From the NCBI GenBank assembly GCA_944388545.1, contig CALXJE010000003.1, positions 9,436 to 73,435 on the forward strand: a DNA stretch of 64,000 bases, given 5' to 3'. Shown piece after piece: positions 41,796 through 50,608 of the stretch. The position numbers and the translations under genes were made by a program. Below the pieces are notes generated by a model, which saw only the letters and a program-made list of their open reading frames with translations, had not been told where the DNA came from and did no database searches. The DNA comes from an uncultured Clostridia bacterium. GTDB taxonomy: Bacteria > Bacillota > Clostridia > TANB77 > CAG-465. Within the stretch, counting starts at the first letter, position 1. Every line of letters starts with the position of its first letter.

Positions 41796-42121
41796 TATAT
41801 AGAATAATAAATTTTTGGTTTTTTCTTAATAAACTTTAATTAAAATAATCATTAAATTAATTTAAATAAAGTGTATAAATTTTTTCAAAAATATAAATAT
41901 ATTTTGTTATAATATTTATTTTTTTACTCAAAATATTACAAAAACATTACAAAAAAATGTTTTTTGTATGGCATGCGTAATAGCAAGTTGATTTTGTAAT
42001 ATCTATATGATAGACTATGTTTATCTAAAAAATATGGCGAAAAAAGTGTAATTAATATGCTTTAATATAGCAATTAATAGTTATATGTTATCCAAGTTTA
42101 TTATGATAAGAGGAGAGATTA

Positions 42122-43726
42122 ATGGAAAGGTGTTTGGGTATATACATTGGTGATAAGATAATAAAATATGCCAAGTTGCATATGGACAAAAATAAAAATA
42201 TTGATGTAGAAGCATCAAACGTCAAATATGTCCTTGGTGGAATAAAAGAAGTGATTGATGAAATAATTGTTGAAACAAACAGTCAAAACACTCCTATTTC
42301 TATTAACATTCCGACGGAACACCATGAGAAGATGGAAATCTTAAAACAGATTTCTAGAAATGATATAGCAAGTATGGTAGAACTTGAAATTGAAGATATT
42401 GCAAATAAACAAGGTATAAATAATAAGTTATTGTTATATAAATTCAATATTCAAGATTCCCTTACAAATAGAGATAACAATAGGATCAATATATTATATA
42501 CTGATAAGACGGAAATAGAACAATATTCTAAAGTTGAAGGATTTAATATAAGTGGTGCATATCCTTTGTCAACGGTAATAACTGATCTTGTACCAAAAGA
42601 AGAAAAAAGTTATGCGGTTATTAATATAGAAGAAAGGACAACTATAAGTATTGTTTTAAATGGAAATATTATTGATACTATTGTTCTTGATGTTGGAATG
42701 AAAGAAGTTATTGACAGTTTATCAGAACAACTTGGTTCTTATGCTAAAGCTTATGATATGTGTAAAACAATTAACGTTTATACAGAGGATGAAAATCCAA
42801 ACAATCCAGAAGTAGAAAGAATAGTAGAGCCAATTTTACAAGACATATTAAGAAGAATTGAAGATAGTATAAAACCATATAGAGGAAAGTTTGAAAAGTT
42901 ATTTTTATCTGGTATGGGTGTATTATTTACTAATATAGACATACTATTTGAGCAATATTATGGTATGCCATCTGAAATATTGAAACCAGCGTTTACAAAA
43001 AGGGAAGTAGGAATAAGAAATATGGCTGAAATTATTGAAACTAATTCAGCTATAGCTCTTGCGAACTCACTTCTTACTGCATCAAAAGATGAATTAAACT
43101 TTATGATTCAAATAAATAAAAAACAACCTAAAAACAACAATGGAAATGGAGGTAAACTAAAATCAGGTCTTGATTTCTTCAGAAATGCTAAATTTAGTTT
43201 TAGTGGCGACACCTCAGATATATTACAGAAGCTTATATTTGCAGATTTAGTTATAGGTACAGTGCTTGTTGGTTATATTCTTTTTGGAGTAATATATTCT
43301 GCTCAAACTTCAAAAGTAGAAAAAGATATTAGAGCATCAATTTCTTCAATAGAAGAACAATCTGCTCTTGTAATGTCAGACGTTAATTATATAAATAATA
43401 ACAAAGATCAATATAAAGAAATAAATGATATGGTTACTGATATTGTTGATAAAATTCAATCTAATGAAATTGGTTCTTTAAGGACATATAATGTTGCAAA
43501 CTTTATGCAGAAAATAATGAAATTTATACCAAATAATATGCAACTTGTATCAATTGAGTCAAATGATAATAAGCATGTAACAATAGTTGCAAAATCAAGC
43601 TCTTATGCGGCACTAGGATATTTCGTATCACAACTTAAATTAGAAGGAATAATAAATAACGTGAAAATAGAAAGTGTAACTCATGGTACAGAAATTCAGG
43701 TAAGTATAGGCGGTGATTTACCATAA
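42122..43726 (+). CDS. pilM: type IV pilus assembly protein, PilM-PilN fusion
   Basis: An N-terminal actin-like ATPase-fold region of ~330 aa typical of PilM, then a TM helix (LIFADLVIGTVLVGYILFGVIY), a coiled coil, and a PilN-like C-terminal domain. GAGGAGAG RBS. Confidence 0.7.
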   Translation: MERCLGIYIGDKIIKYAKLHMDKNKNIDVEASNVKYVLGGIKEVIDEIIVETNSQNTPISINIPTEHHEKMEILKQISRNDIASMVELEIEDIANKQGINNKLLLYKFNIQDSLTNRDNNRINILYTDKTEIEQYSKVEGFNISGAYPLSTVITDLVPKEEKSYAVINIEERTTISIVLNGNIIDTIVLDVGMKEVIDSLSEQLGSYAKAYDMCKTINVYTEDENPNNPEVERIVEPILQDILRRIEDSIKPYRGKFEKLFLSGMGVLFTNIDILFEQYYGMPSEILKPAFTKREVGIRNMAEIIETNSAIALANSLLTASKDELNFMIQINKKQPKNNNGNGGKLKSGLDFFRNAKFSFSGDTSDILQKLIFADLVIGTVLVGYILFGVIYSAQTSKVEKDIRASISSIEEQSALVMSDVNYINNNKDQYKEINDMVTDIVDKIQSNEIGSLRTYNVANFMQKIMKFIPNNMQLVSIESNDNKHVTIVAKSSSYAALGYFVSQLKLEGIINNVKIESVTHGTEIQVSIGGDLP

Positions 43727-44514
43727 TGGATAAAAATATTATTAAAATTATAGGGCTTTTAGTTGGATTAGTTCTTTTAATAACTATTATAGTGCTTATA
43801 GCTATTAATGGTTTAACTATAGGGCCGCTTAATGCAGTATCAATATCAGGAATAGCTGATAAAAAAGATAGTGTAGAAAAGGCGAAAGATGATTTAGCTA
43901 AAGCCGAGTCACAATATGAAATTAATATGCAAAGTTTAGAAACATCAAAAAAAGAGTTTAAAACTCAAAAAGATGCATATGAACTTATTAGTGACGAAAC
44001 AATAGCAGCAATAAAAGAAGCTACTAAAGAAGAAGAATATTTTATAGAATATTTATGGATTACTTTAGGAAATTATGCAACAGCGCATAATTTGTCTCTT
44101 GCAATAGTTGAACCAGGTGGAACAGTGGCACAAGGAACAACAAATACAAATACTAATACTAATGCAGATACAGATGTAACAAACGTTTCTACCGGAACTG
44201 GGATTACAGGTAATGCATCAGGTGTAACTTCTACAGAAAATACAACTACAACTTCATCAACACAGACTGAAAATGAAGATGTAACAAATACTTCAACTAA
44301 TAACACAGTAACTAACATTACATCAAGCCAAAATGATTTAACAGTTCAAGTTAAAGGAAGTTATATAGATTTAGCAGATTTTGTATTTGAAGTTGAAAAT
44401 GACCAATCTTTAAGATTTAGATTAGATAACATTAAAATGAATTCAGCAGGAGGAAATGAAGTAATAACATCATTTAATGTAAAAGATTTTACTGTGCTAA
44501 AGTCTTTAGAGTAA
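43726..44514 (+). CDS. pilO: PilO-like pilus assembly protein with Thr/Asn-rich insert
   Basis: N-terminal TM helix, coiled coil, and a C-terminal LTVQVKGSYIDLADFVFEVEN...FRLDNIKM PilO-like fold. The start overlaps the pilMN stop (TAATG). Confidence 0.6.
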   Translation: MDKNIIKIIGLLVGLVLLITIIVLIAINGLTIGPLNAVSISGIADKKDSVEKAKDDLAKAESQYEINMQSLETSKKEFKTQKDAYELISDETIAAIKEATKEEEYFIEYLWITLGNYATAHNLSLAIVEPGGTVAQGTTNTNTNTNADTDVTNVSTGTGITGNASGVTSTENTTTTSSTQTENEDVTNTSTNNTVTNITSSQNDLTVQVKGSYIDLADFVFEVENDQSLRFRLDNIKMNSAGGNEVITSFNVKDFTVLKSLE

Positions 44515-44540
44515 TTTTATAGAAAGAAGGTAAAGAGTAT

Positions 44541-45023
44541 ATGGGTAGAAATTCATGGATAATGTTTGGAATGATAGCAATAGTAATAATGTCAATATTA
44601 CTTGTAGCTCTTCTTATATTAGTACCACAAAGCAGACCAATTACATCCGGAGTTGGCGAAGATTATGAAGCAATTACACAATCTGAGTTTTCGTATACTC
44701 AATCTAAAGATATTTCAACGGATGCAATGAAAGAAACATATAGCATAACTACTGAAGATATTGAAGAGGGAAAATCTTCTAAGTTGTATAAACAAGGAAA
44801 TACAGATCCTTTTGTAGATAAGAGCATATCTAATAATTCAGGAAATACTTCTACAGGAGGTAGTTCAAATACAGGATCTTCAGGTGGTAATACAAATACA
44901 AGTGGATCTAACAATACAAATACTAACACAAATACAAATAATAACAATAATACAGGTAATAGCAGTAATAGTGGTAATGATACTATAAATGATGAACCAC
45001 CATATTCTGCAGATAATAAATAA
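44541..45023 (+). CDS. membrane-anchored low-complexity protein in the pilus operon
   Basis: One TM helix and then an S/T/N/G-rich tail (NTNTSGSNNTNTNTNTNNNNNTGNSSNSGN). Unknown role. Confidence 0.45.
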   Translation: MGRNSWIMFGMIAIVIMSILLVALLILVPQSRPITSGVGEDYEAITQSEFSYTQSKDISTDAMKETYSITTEDIEEGKSSKLYKQGNTDPFVDKSISNNSGNTSTGGSSNTGSSGGNTNTSGSNNTNTNTNTNNNNNTGNSSNSGNDTINDEPPYSADNK

Positions 45024-45032
45024 ATTAGGTTT

Positions 45033-45075
45033 AAACATCGCCTCTTACCTTGGCGTGTTTGAATATATATTTTTT
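45033..45075 (+). terminator. hairpin upstream of the pilin gene (attenuator/terminator candidate)
   Basis: AAACATCGCC-loop-GGCGTGTTT followed by GAATATATATTTTTT. Confidence 0.35.
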
Positions 45076-45097
45076 GATGTATAGGAGGAATTATATT

Positions 45098-45478
45098 ATG
45101 AAAAAAGGTATTTCATTAATCGTATTAGTTATCACAATAATAATTATGATAATTATAGCTGGGGCTATAATATTAACATTAAATTCTTCAAACATAACAG
45201 GAAGAGCAAATTTTGCTACATTATTATCTGATAGAGCAAACTATCAAGCAAAATATGCTACATTAGTTGCAGATGCAATTGATGAAGATAATCCTTCACC
45301 AGTAATAGAAGCAGATGCATTAGGTTTTGCAACACATTCTTATGGAACTTGGAGTTTAGATAAAGCAGAAGGTTCAGTTGAATTTGTTATAAATTCTGGT
45401 GTTAACTTGAAAAATACATTTGGAATAGAATCTATAGATAGTACTAAATATCCTTGGTTAACACAAGCTGGTGCTTAA
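45098..45478 (+). CDS. type IV pilin-like protein (major-pilin candidate), Glu5-less
   Basis: ATG at 45098 after AGGAGGA. MKKG-ISLIVLVITIIIMIIIAGAIILTLN fits the prepilin pattern G-[FILVMY]-[ST]-[LT]-[LIVP] but has Val in place of Glu at +5. It is 126 aa and is followed by a strong hairpin. Confidence 0.6.
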   Translation: MKKGISLIVLVITIIIMIIIAGAIILTLNSSNITGRANFATLLSDRANYQAKYATLVADAIDEDNPSPVIEADALGFATHSYGTWSLDKAEGSVEFVINSGVNLKNTFGIESIDSTKYPWLTQAGA

Positions 45479-45522
45479 TAAATTTAATATAAAAACTAAT
45501 ACGAAAGCAAAAATGATAATGA

Positions 45523-45555
45523 GGTCATATACAAAAAGTATATGGCTTTTATTTT
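45523..45555 (+). terminator. intrinsic terminator after the pilin gene
   Basis: GGTCATATAC-loop-GTATATGGC(T) followed by TTTTATTTT. Confidence 0.55.
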
Positions 45556-45686
45556 ATATATATTTCTGAAATATTACAAGCGTGTATAAAATATATTACA
45601 TATAGTTTTATTAGTATAAATTGTATTTGATTTATGGTAGAATAAAGTAAAATATATAGTGATTTAAACATGTATTGGAGGGGCAA

Positions 45687-46481
45687 ATGGAAGTAGATCA
45701 ATTTATAAATATTGTATATATGATTAGCTTTTTTATAATAGGAACTCTATTTGGAAGTTTCTTTACTTTAGCAACATATAGAATACCTAGAAAACAAGAT
45801 ATAATGATTAAAAGATCATATTGTACAAATTGTAAACATGAATTGTCTTTTTTTGATTTGATTCCGGTTTTAAGCTATGTATTTTTAGGTGGAAAATGTA
45901 GATATTGCAAAGAAAAAATAAGTATAAGATATCCTTTGTTTGAAATAGCTAATGGATTATTTTTTCTAATTACTTATTATCTACTTGGTATTTCATGGAT
46001 TTTATTTGCAACCTTAATAATATATATAGCATTTTTCTTAGTAATTGGTTCTTATGTTATGAAATATAAAATGAATAAACAAGACCCAAATATTGCATAT
46101 AGTAAAAAAGGAGTTTTTAATGTTGAGCTTCTTGTTGCAGTTTTTGCTTTTATAATTTACTATATAGCAACAATATATACTACAAGAAACTACGAAGAAA
46201 CTTTGATGCAAGCTAAATTAAGATCAGATGCTATGAATCTAGCTGTTAATATATTAGAAGAAAACAGAGCTAAAGGCTTTGAATTTGTTGACAATGTGAA
46301 TAATGAAAATATAAAAATTGATGATCGTACATATTATTACAATTTAAGTGTTGAAGAATACGAAGATATTTCAGGAGATAGTAATACTGTGGATTTAAAA
46401 AGATTACAAGTCGATGTATCATATAAATATGATAGTAAGTCATATAACGTGAGTTTTCAAACAGTAATATATGAGGAGTAA
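45687..46481 (+). CDS. prepilin-peptidase N-terminal domain fused in frame to a GspI/PilV-like minor pilin (no A24 catalytic domain)
   Basis: Residues 1-~125 are TM1 plus the CTNCKHELSFFDLIPVLSYVFLGGKCRYCKEKISIRYPLFEIANG Zn-finger domain of PilD/ComC. No Asp/GxGD peptidase motifs follow. From the internal ATG at 46071 the sequence reads MNKQDPNIAYSKKG-VFNVELLVAVFAFIIYY, a canonical class III signal with Glu5. Confidence 0.6.
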   Translation: MEVDQFINIVYMISFFIIGTLFGSFFTLATYRIPRKQDIMIKRSYCTNCKHELSFFDLIPVLSYVFLGGKCRYCKEKISIRYPLFEIANGLFFLITYYLLGISWILFATLIIYIAFFLVIGSYVMKYKMNKQDPNIAYSKKGVFNVELLVAVFAFIIYYIATIYTTRNYEETLMQAKLRSDAMNLAVNILEENRAKGFEFVDNVNNENIKIDDRTYYYNLSVEEYEDISGDSNTVDLKRLQVDVSYKYDSKSYNVSFQTVIYEE

Positions 46482-46488
46482 TGAATAT

Positions 46489-47619
46489 ATGAATTTGAGT
46501 AGTAAAAAAGGAATAACAGTAACCTCAATAGTTGTATATGTAATTCTTTTCTTTGTATTTACAACAACAGCAATAGTTATATCATCTAGATTTAATAGAG
46601 AACTTTTTGATGATAGAGGTAAAGCTATTAACATTACAGCTATAAATAAGTTAGAATATAATTTGCTTAAAAGTGCTAAAGAAAGTAATTTAGCTCAAGG
46701 TTCTGTAGATGGAAATAAAACAACTATAACTTTTTCTAATTCAGATGTATACATTTTTGATTTAGATAATCACATAATATATAAAAATGGTGGAAAGTTA
46801 GTAAAATTTGTTAAAGAATGTAAAATAAAGTTAGTAAATAATTTAATAGATATTAATGTAACTTTAAATAAATATACAAATGAAATTACAAGAAATATAA
46901 AGGTAAGAGTACCTACAAAAGTAGTTTACACAACTAATGGATTAATTGCTTATTATGATGGAATAGATAATGTAGGTGATGGAAGTCATGATAGCAAAGT
47001 TAGAACTTGGAAAGATACAAGTACAAGTAATGTAACAGCACAGTTTAGTTCTGCATTTACAAATGATGGAATAAATGATGGCTGGGTAGAAGACGGAGTG
47101 TTATTTCCGATTGCTAGTAATGATTTTGATAGTGGATCGGATTATAATGTGACAGGTAGCTATTCAAGCAATGCGTATTCAAGCATATCATTTGAGCTTA
47201 CCTTAACAGTTTTAGATGAGCTTGGAACATTAGGAGATTCTTATATATATCCTTTAAGAATAAGAGCAAGTAGTGGTATTGTATCTTTGAATTTTGCGAT
47301 GAGAAAAAATGTAGGGTTAATGTATGGCTCTGGAAATAGTACAGTTTTTTATATAGGTAGAAATCTAGAAAAAGATAAAACATATACATTTACGTTTGTA
47401 CAAGAAAATTTGACAACGAGGGCAATATATCTTAACGGAGAATTTATTGAAAGGCAAACAGGATTTGCATTAAACCAAATAAATTTTACCAATATAATTA
47501 TGCAGGCTCATGCAAAGGGTCATTATATAATACATAGTGTTAGAGCATATAATAGAGCACTTACTGAAAATGAGGTTATTAAGAATTTTAATACAGATAA
47601 ATTAAGATATAATATCTAG
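46489..47619 (+). CDS. modular minor pilin-like protein with C-terminal LamG/concanavalin-A-like domain
   Basis: ATG at 46489 after GAGGAG. The N-terminus is MNLSSKKG-ITVTSIVVYVILFFVF. The C-terminal ~210 aa has the LamG_3-type pattern (GLIAYYDG...W.D.S......GW..DG..F......VRAYNRALTENEVIKNFN). Confidence 0.55.
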   Translation: MNLSSKKGITVTSIVVYVILFFVFTTTAIVISSRFNRELFDDRGKAINITAINKLEYNLLKSAKESNLAQGSVDGNKTTITFSNSDVYIFDLDNHIIYKNGGKLVKFVKECKIKLVNNLIDINVTLNKYTNEITRNIKVRVPTKVVYTTNGLIAYYDGIDNVGDGSHDSKVRTWKDTSTSNVTAQFSSAFTNDGINDGWVEDGVLFPIASNDFDSGSDYNVTGSYSSNAYSSISFELTLTVLDELGTLGDSYIYPLRIRASSGIVSLNFAMRKNVGLMYGSGNSTVFYIGRNLEKDKTYTFTFVQENLTTRAIYLNGEFIERQTGFALNQINFTNIIMQAHAKGHYIIHSVRAYNRALTENEVIKNFNTDKLRYNI

Positions 47620-47630
47620 GAGGAGTATTT

Positions 47631-47828
47631 ATGAAAAAAAGATTGGATAAGTTAAAAGGTTCAGGGACACTTATTATTATAATATCAGCAATTGTCTTTT
47701 TAACATATGCAACATCAACTTTTTCAGATGTTAGACATATGAAGTATATGCAAGAAAAATATGAAAATAATATTAGAGAAATATATGAGAAAGACTTAGA
47801 AGTTTTAGAGTCAGAAAATTATATATAA
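47631..47828 (+). CDS. small pilin-like protein
   Basis: AGGAGGAG RBS. MKKRLDKLKG-SGTLIIIISAIVFLTYATSTF is a basic leader, then Gly, then a hydrophobic helix. 65 aa. Confidence 0.4.
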   Translation: MKKRLDKLKGSGTLIIIISAIVFLTYATSTFSDVRHMKYMQEKYENNIREIYEKDLEVLESENYI

Positions 47829-47863
47829 AATAGGTTAATAATTACATTTGGAGGTAATATATT

Positions 47864-49504
47864 ATGTTTGAAAATATTAAAAGCAGAAGAAGTCCGTTAG
47901 GTGCAGAGCTTATAAATAAAGGACTTATAACAGAAAGACAACTAGATGAAGTATTAGAGTATCAAAAAACACATCCTGAGTTTAAAATAGGTGAAATAGT
48001 TGATATTTTAAATATGTGTGATAAAAAGAAACTTCTTTCAGTTGTAGCAGAGCAATTAAAACAAAAAAGCGTAGATTTAACCAAAGGAATATCAATTGAT
48101 TATACAGAATTCTTACCTAGAGATGTTGTTATAAATAACAAGGCTTTTCCTTTTGCTATAGATGGAACAACTGTAAAAGTAGCTTTTTCTGACCCACTTG
48201 ACGATAAGGCAACAAATGAAGTAAAATTACTTTTAGTAAATAGAGGATTTCAAATGGACAAATACTTTACACTTTATTCTATGATAATGGAACAAATACA
48301 AGATGTAAAGAATGTTCAAGATAAGTTTGTTGATACGAGAGAAAAAGATACAACAGTGTTAGTTGATAATATAATACTAACTGCTATGAAACAAAGAGCT
48401 AGTGATATACATGTAGAACCTATGGAGAAAAAAGTAAGAATTCGTTATAGAATAGACGGTGAGTTAGTAGAAGTATCAGAGCTTCCAAAATCTAGACAGG
48501 GAGTTCTTACAGGAAGACTTAAATCTATTTCTAATATGCACCAAGAAGTTACAACGGACCAGGATGGTAGAATAAGTTCATATGATAACTATAGTATCCG
48601 TGTATCTACACAAAAAAATATAAATGGTGAAAAATTTGTTCTTAGATTATTAAAGAAAAATTCAGATATAAGAACGTTAAAAGAATTAGGATTTCCAACT
48701 GAAGAAGAAGGTTTAGTAGATAGGTGTTTTGACAAGAAAAATGGTATTATATTACTTTGTGCACCAACAGGTGAAGGTAAAACAACCACATTATATAGTA
48801 TATTGGACTATTTAAATAAGCCTAATATTAATATTGTTACAATTGAAAATCCGGTTGAAATAAGAATGCCTGGAGTAAATCAAGTTGAAATTAGTCACGA
48901 TACTTCTTTTAATGGTGCGTTAAGAACAGTTTTAAGACAAGATCCAAACATTATACTTGTAGGAGAGATAAGAGATAAGGAAACAGCTCAGACTGCTGTT
49001 GAATCAGGACAAACAGGACATTTGGTTTTAAGTACAATTCATACTATAAATGCAATTGAAGCTATAACAAGAATAAGAAAAATGGGAATTTCTGATTATG
49101 ATGTAGCATCTTCATTTGTTACAATAATATCTCAAAGACTTATAAGAAGACTTTGTAATAAATGTAAAAAACCACATAATATTACTGAAGAAGAAAAAAA
49201 ATATATTAATCAAGTTGAAAAATTGACAGGATATAAATTTGATTTAAGTAAAGCTAATATGTATGAACCTGTAGGTTGTGATGAATGTTCAAATCTTGGT
49301 TATTTTGAAAGAATAGGGGTATTTGAAATATTATATGTTGATGAGTACATAAAAGAAATGATATCTTCTGGAAAATCATCAATAGAAATAAAGAAATATG
49401 CTATAGAAAATACTGATTATAATCCACTTATAATCGATTCAATAAACAAAGCATTACAAGGAATAACTACTATAGAAGAAATTCAAAAGAAGATGAGTAT
49501 ATAA
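47864..49504 (+). CDS. pilB: type IV pilus assembly ATPase PilB (GspE family)
   Basis: T2SSE N-terminal domain, Walker A APTGEGKTTT, Walker B ILVGEIRD, His box, and the tetracysteine motif CNKCKK...CDECSNLG. Confidence 0.9.
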   Translation: MFENIKSRRSPLGAELINKGLITERQLDEVLEYQKTHPEFKIGEIVDILNMCDKKKLLSVVAEQLKQKSVDLTKGISIDYTEFLPRDVVINNKAFPFAIDGTTVKVAFSDPLDDKATNEVKLLLVNRGFQMDKYFTLYSMIMEQIQDVKNVQDKFVDTREKDTTVLVDNIILTAMKQRASDIHVEPMEKKVRIRYRIDGELVEVSELPKSRQGVLTGRLKSISNMHQEVTTDQDGRISSYDNYSIRVSTQKNINGEKFVLRLLKKNSDIRTLKELGFPTEEEGLVDRCFDKKNGIILLCAPTGEGKTTTLYSILDYLNKPNINIVTIENPVEIRMPGVNQVEISHDTSFNGALRTVLRQDPNIILVGEIRDKETAQTAVESGQTGHLVLSTIHTINAIEAITRIRKMGISDYDVASSFVTIISQRLIRRLCNKCKKPHNITEEEKKYINQVEKLTGYKFDLSKANMYEPVGCDECSNLGYFERIGVFEILYVDEYIKEMISSGKSSIEIKKYAIENTDYNPLIIDSINKALQGITTIEEIQKKMSI

Positions 49505-49522
49505 ATATTATAAAGGGGTATT

Positions 49523-50608
49523 ATGGAAAAGTTTTTTAAAATCTTAGACGAAGCTCTAAAACTCGATGCATCAGATATCCATTTGCTTAATGGTAAACCT
49601 CCAGTTTTTAGAGTAGAAAAAAAACTTATAGAATTTAACGAGATAGAACCACTTACTAAATACGATTTAGAAGGTTTAATGGAATATTTAGTTAATGATA
49701 GTATTGAGCTTGTAGATATATTTGAAAATGCAAAAAAATTAGATATATCTTATGAATATATGAAAAAAAGATTTAGAGTAAATGCAAGTATGTCTTTTGG
49801 GGTTCCTACATTTTCTATAAGAATAATTCAAAATGAAGAAATTGATATAAAGAAATTTAACTTGGAAAAAATGGTAGGAATAATTAAAAAGTTTAACTCG
49901 GGACTTATTCTTATAACGGGAAAAGTTAATTCTGGTAAAACTACTACATTAAATGCATATGTTCAAACTATTAATAAAGAGAGAAATAAAAAGGTAGTAA
50001 TGCTAGAAGAACCAATAGAACATAGACATACATCTGATAAATGTGTTATAGTTCAAAAAGAAGTAGGCAAGACAGGAGACGTACCTTCATATTATGACGG
50101 AGTAATAAATTTGCTTAGAGAAGATGCAGATATTGCAATAGTTGGTGAGATAAGGGACAGGCAAACAATGGATGCAGTTTTAGACTTAGCAGAATCAGGT
50201 ACTTTGGTAATAGGTACACTTCATACAAGAGCTTGTGGTGAAACATTAGATAGGATATTAGGTCTTTATTCGCCTAGTGAGCAAAAATCAATAAAATATA
50301 TATTATCTACAGTTTTGAAAGCAGTAGTGTCACAAAAACTTGTTAAAGATAAAGAGGATCATGTAATAATGGTGCCAGAAGTAATGATTAATAATTCTAC
50401 TATTTCTGCTCTTATAAGGCAAGAAAACTTTAGTATTTCTGAAATACAAGATGCCATAGACAGAAAAAGTGAAAAAGGAATGATAAGTTTTGAAAGATCA
50501 TTTGCTAAGTTATATGAAGATGGTCAAATAACACTAGAAAGTATAAGAGAGAATGTTGAAGACGAGCAATACCAATATATATTGAAACTATTAGGAGGGG
50601 ATAATTAG
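49523..50608 (+). CDS. pilT: pilus retraction ATPase PilT
   Basis: 361 aa with ASDIHL, Walker A GKVNSGKTTT, AIVGEIRD, and the TLHT His box. Confidence 0.85.
   Translation: MEKFFKILDEALKLDASDIHLLNGKPPVFRVEKKLIEFNEIEPLTKYDLEGLMEYLVNDSIELVDIFENAKKLDISYEYMKKRFRVNASMSFGVPTFSIRIIQNEEIDIKKFNLEKMVGIIKKFNSGLILITGKVNSGKTTTLNAYVQTINKERNKKVVMLEEPIEHRHTSDKCVIVQKEVGKTGDVPSYYDGVINLLREDADIAIVGEIRDRQTMDAVLDLAESGTLVIGTLHTRACGETLDRILGLYSPSEQKSIKYILSTVLKAVVSQKLVKDKEDHVIMVPEVMINNSTISALIRQENFSISEIQDAIDRKSEKGMISFERSFAKLYEDGQITLESIRENVEDEQYQYILKLLGGDN

Noticed and set aside
41800-42121. A c-di-GMP riboswitch or other structured leader in the 420-nt region upstream of pilMN.
   Set aside because: The sequence is almost pure A/T. 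I could recognise none of the conserved GC-containing helices of GEMM-I/II.
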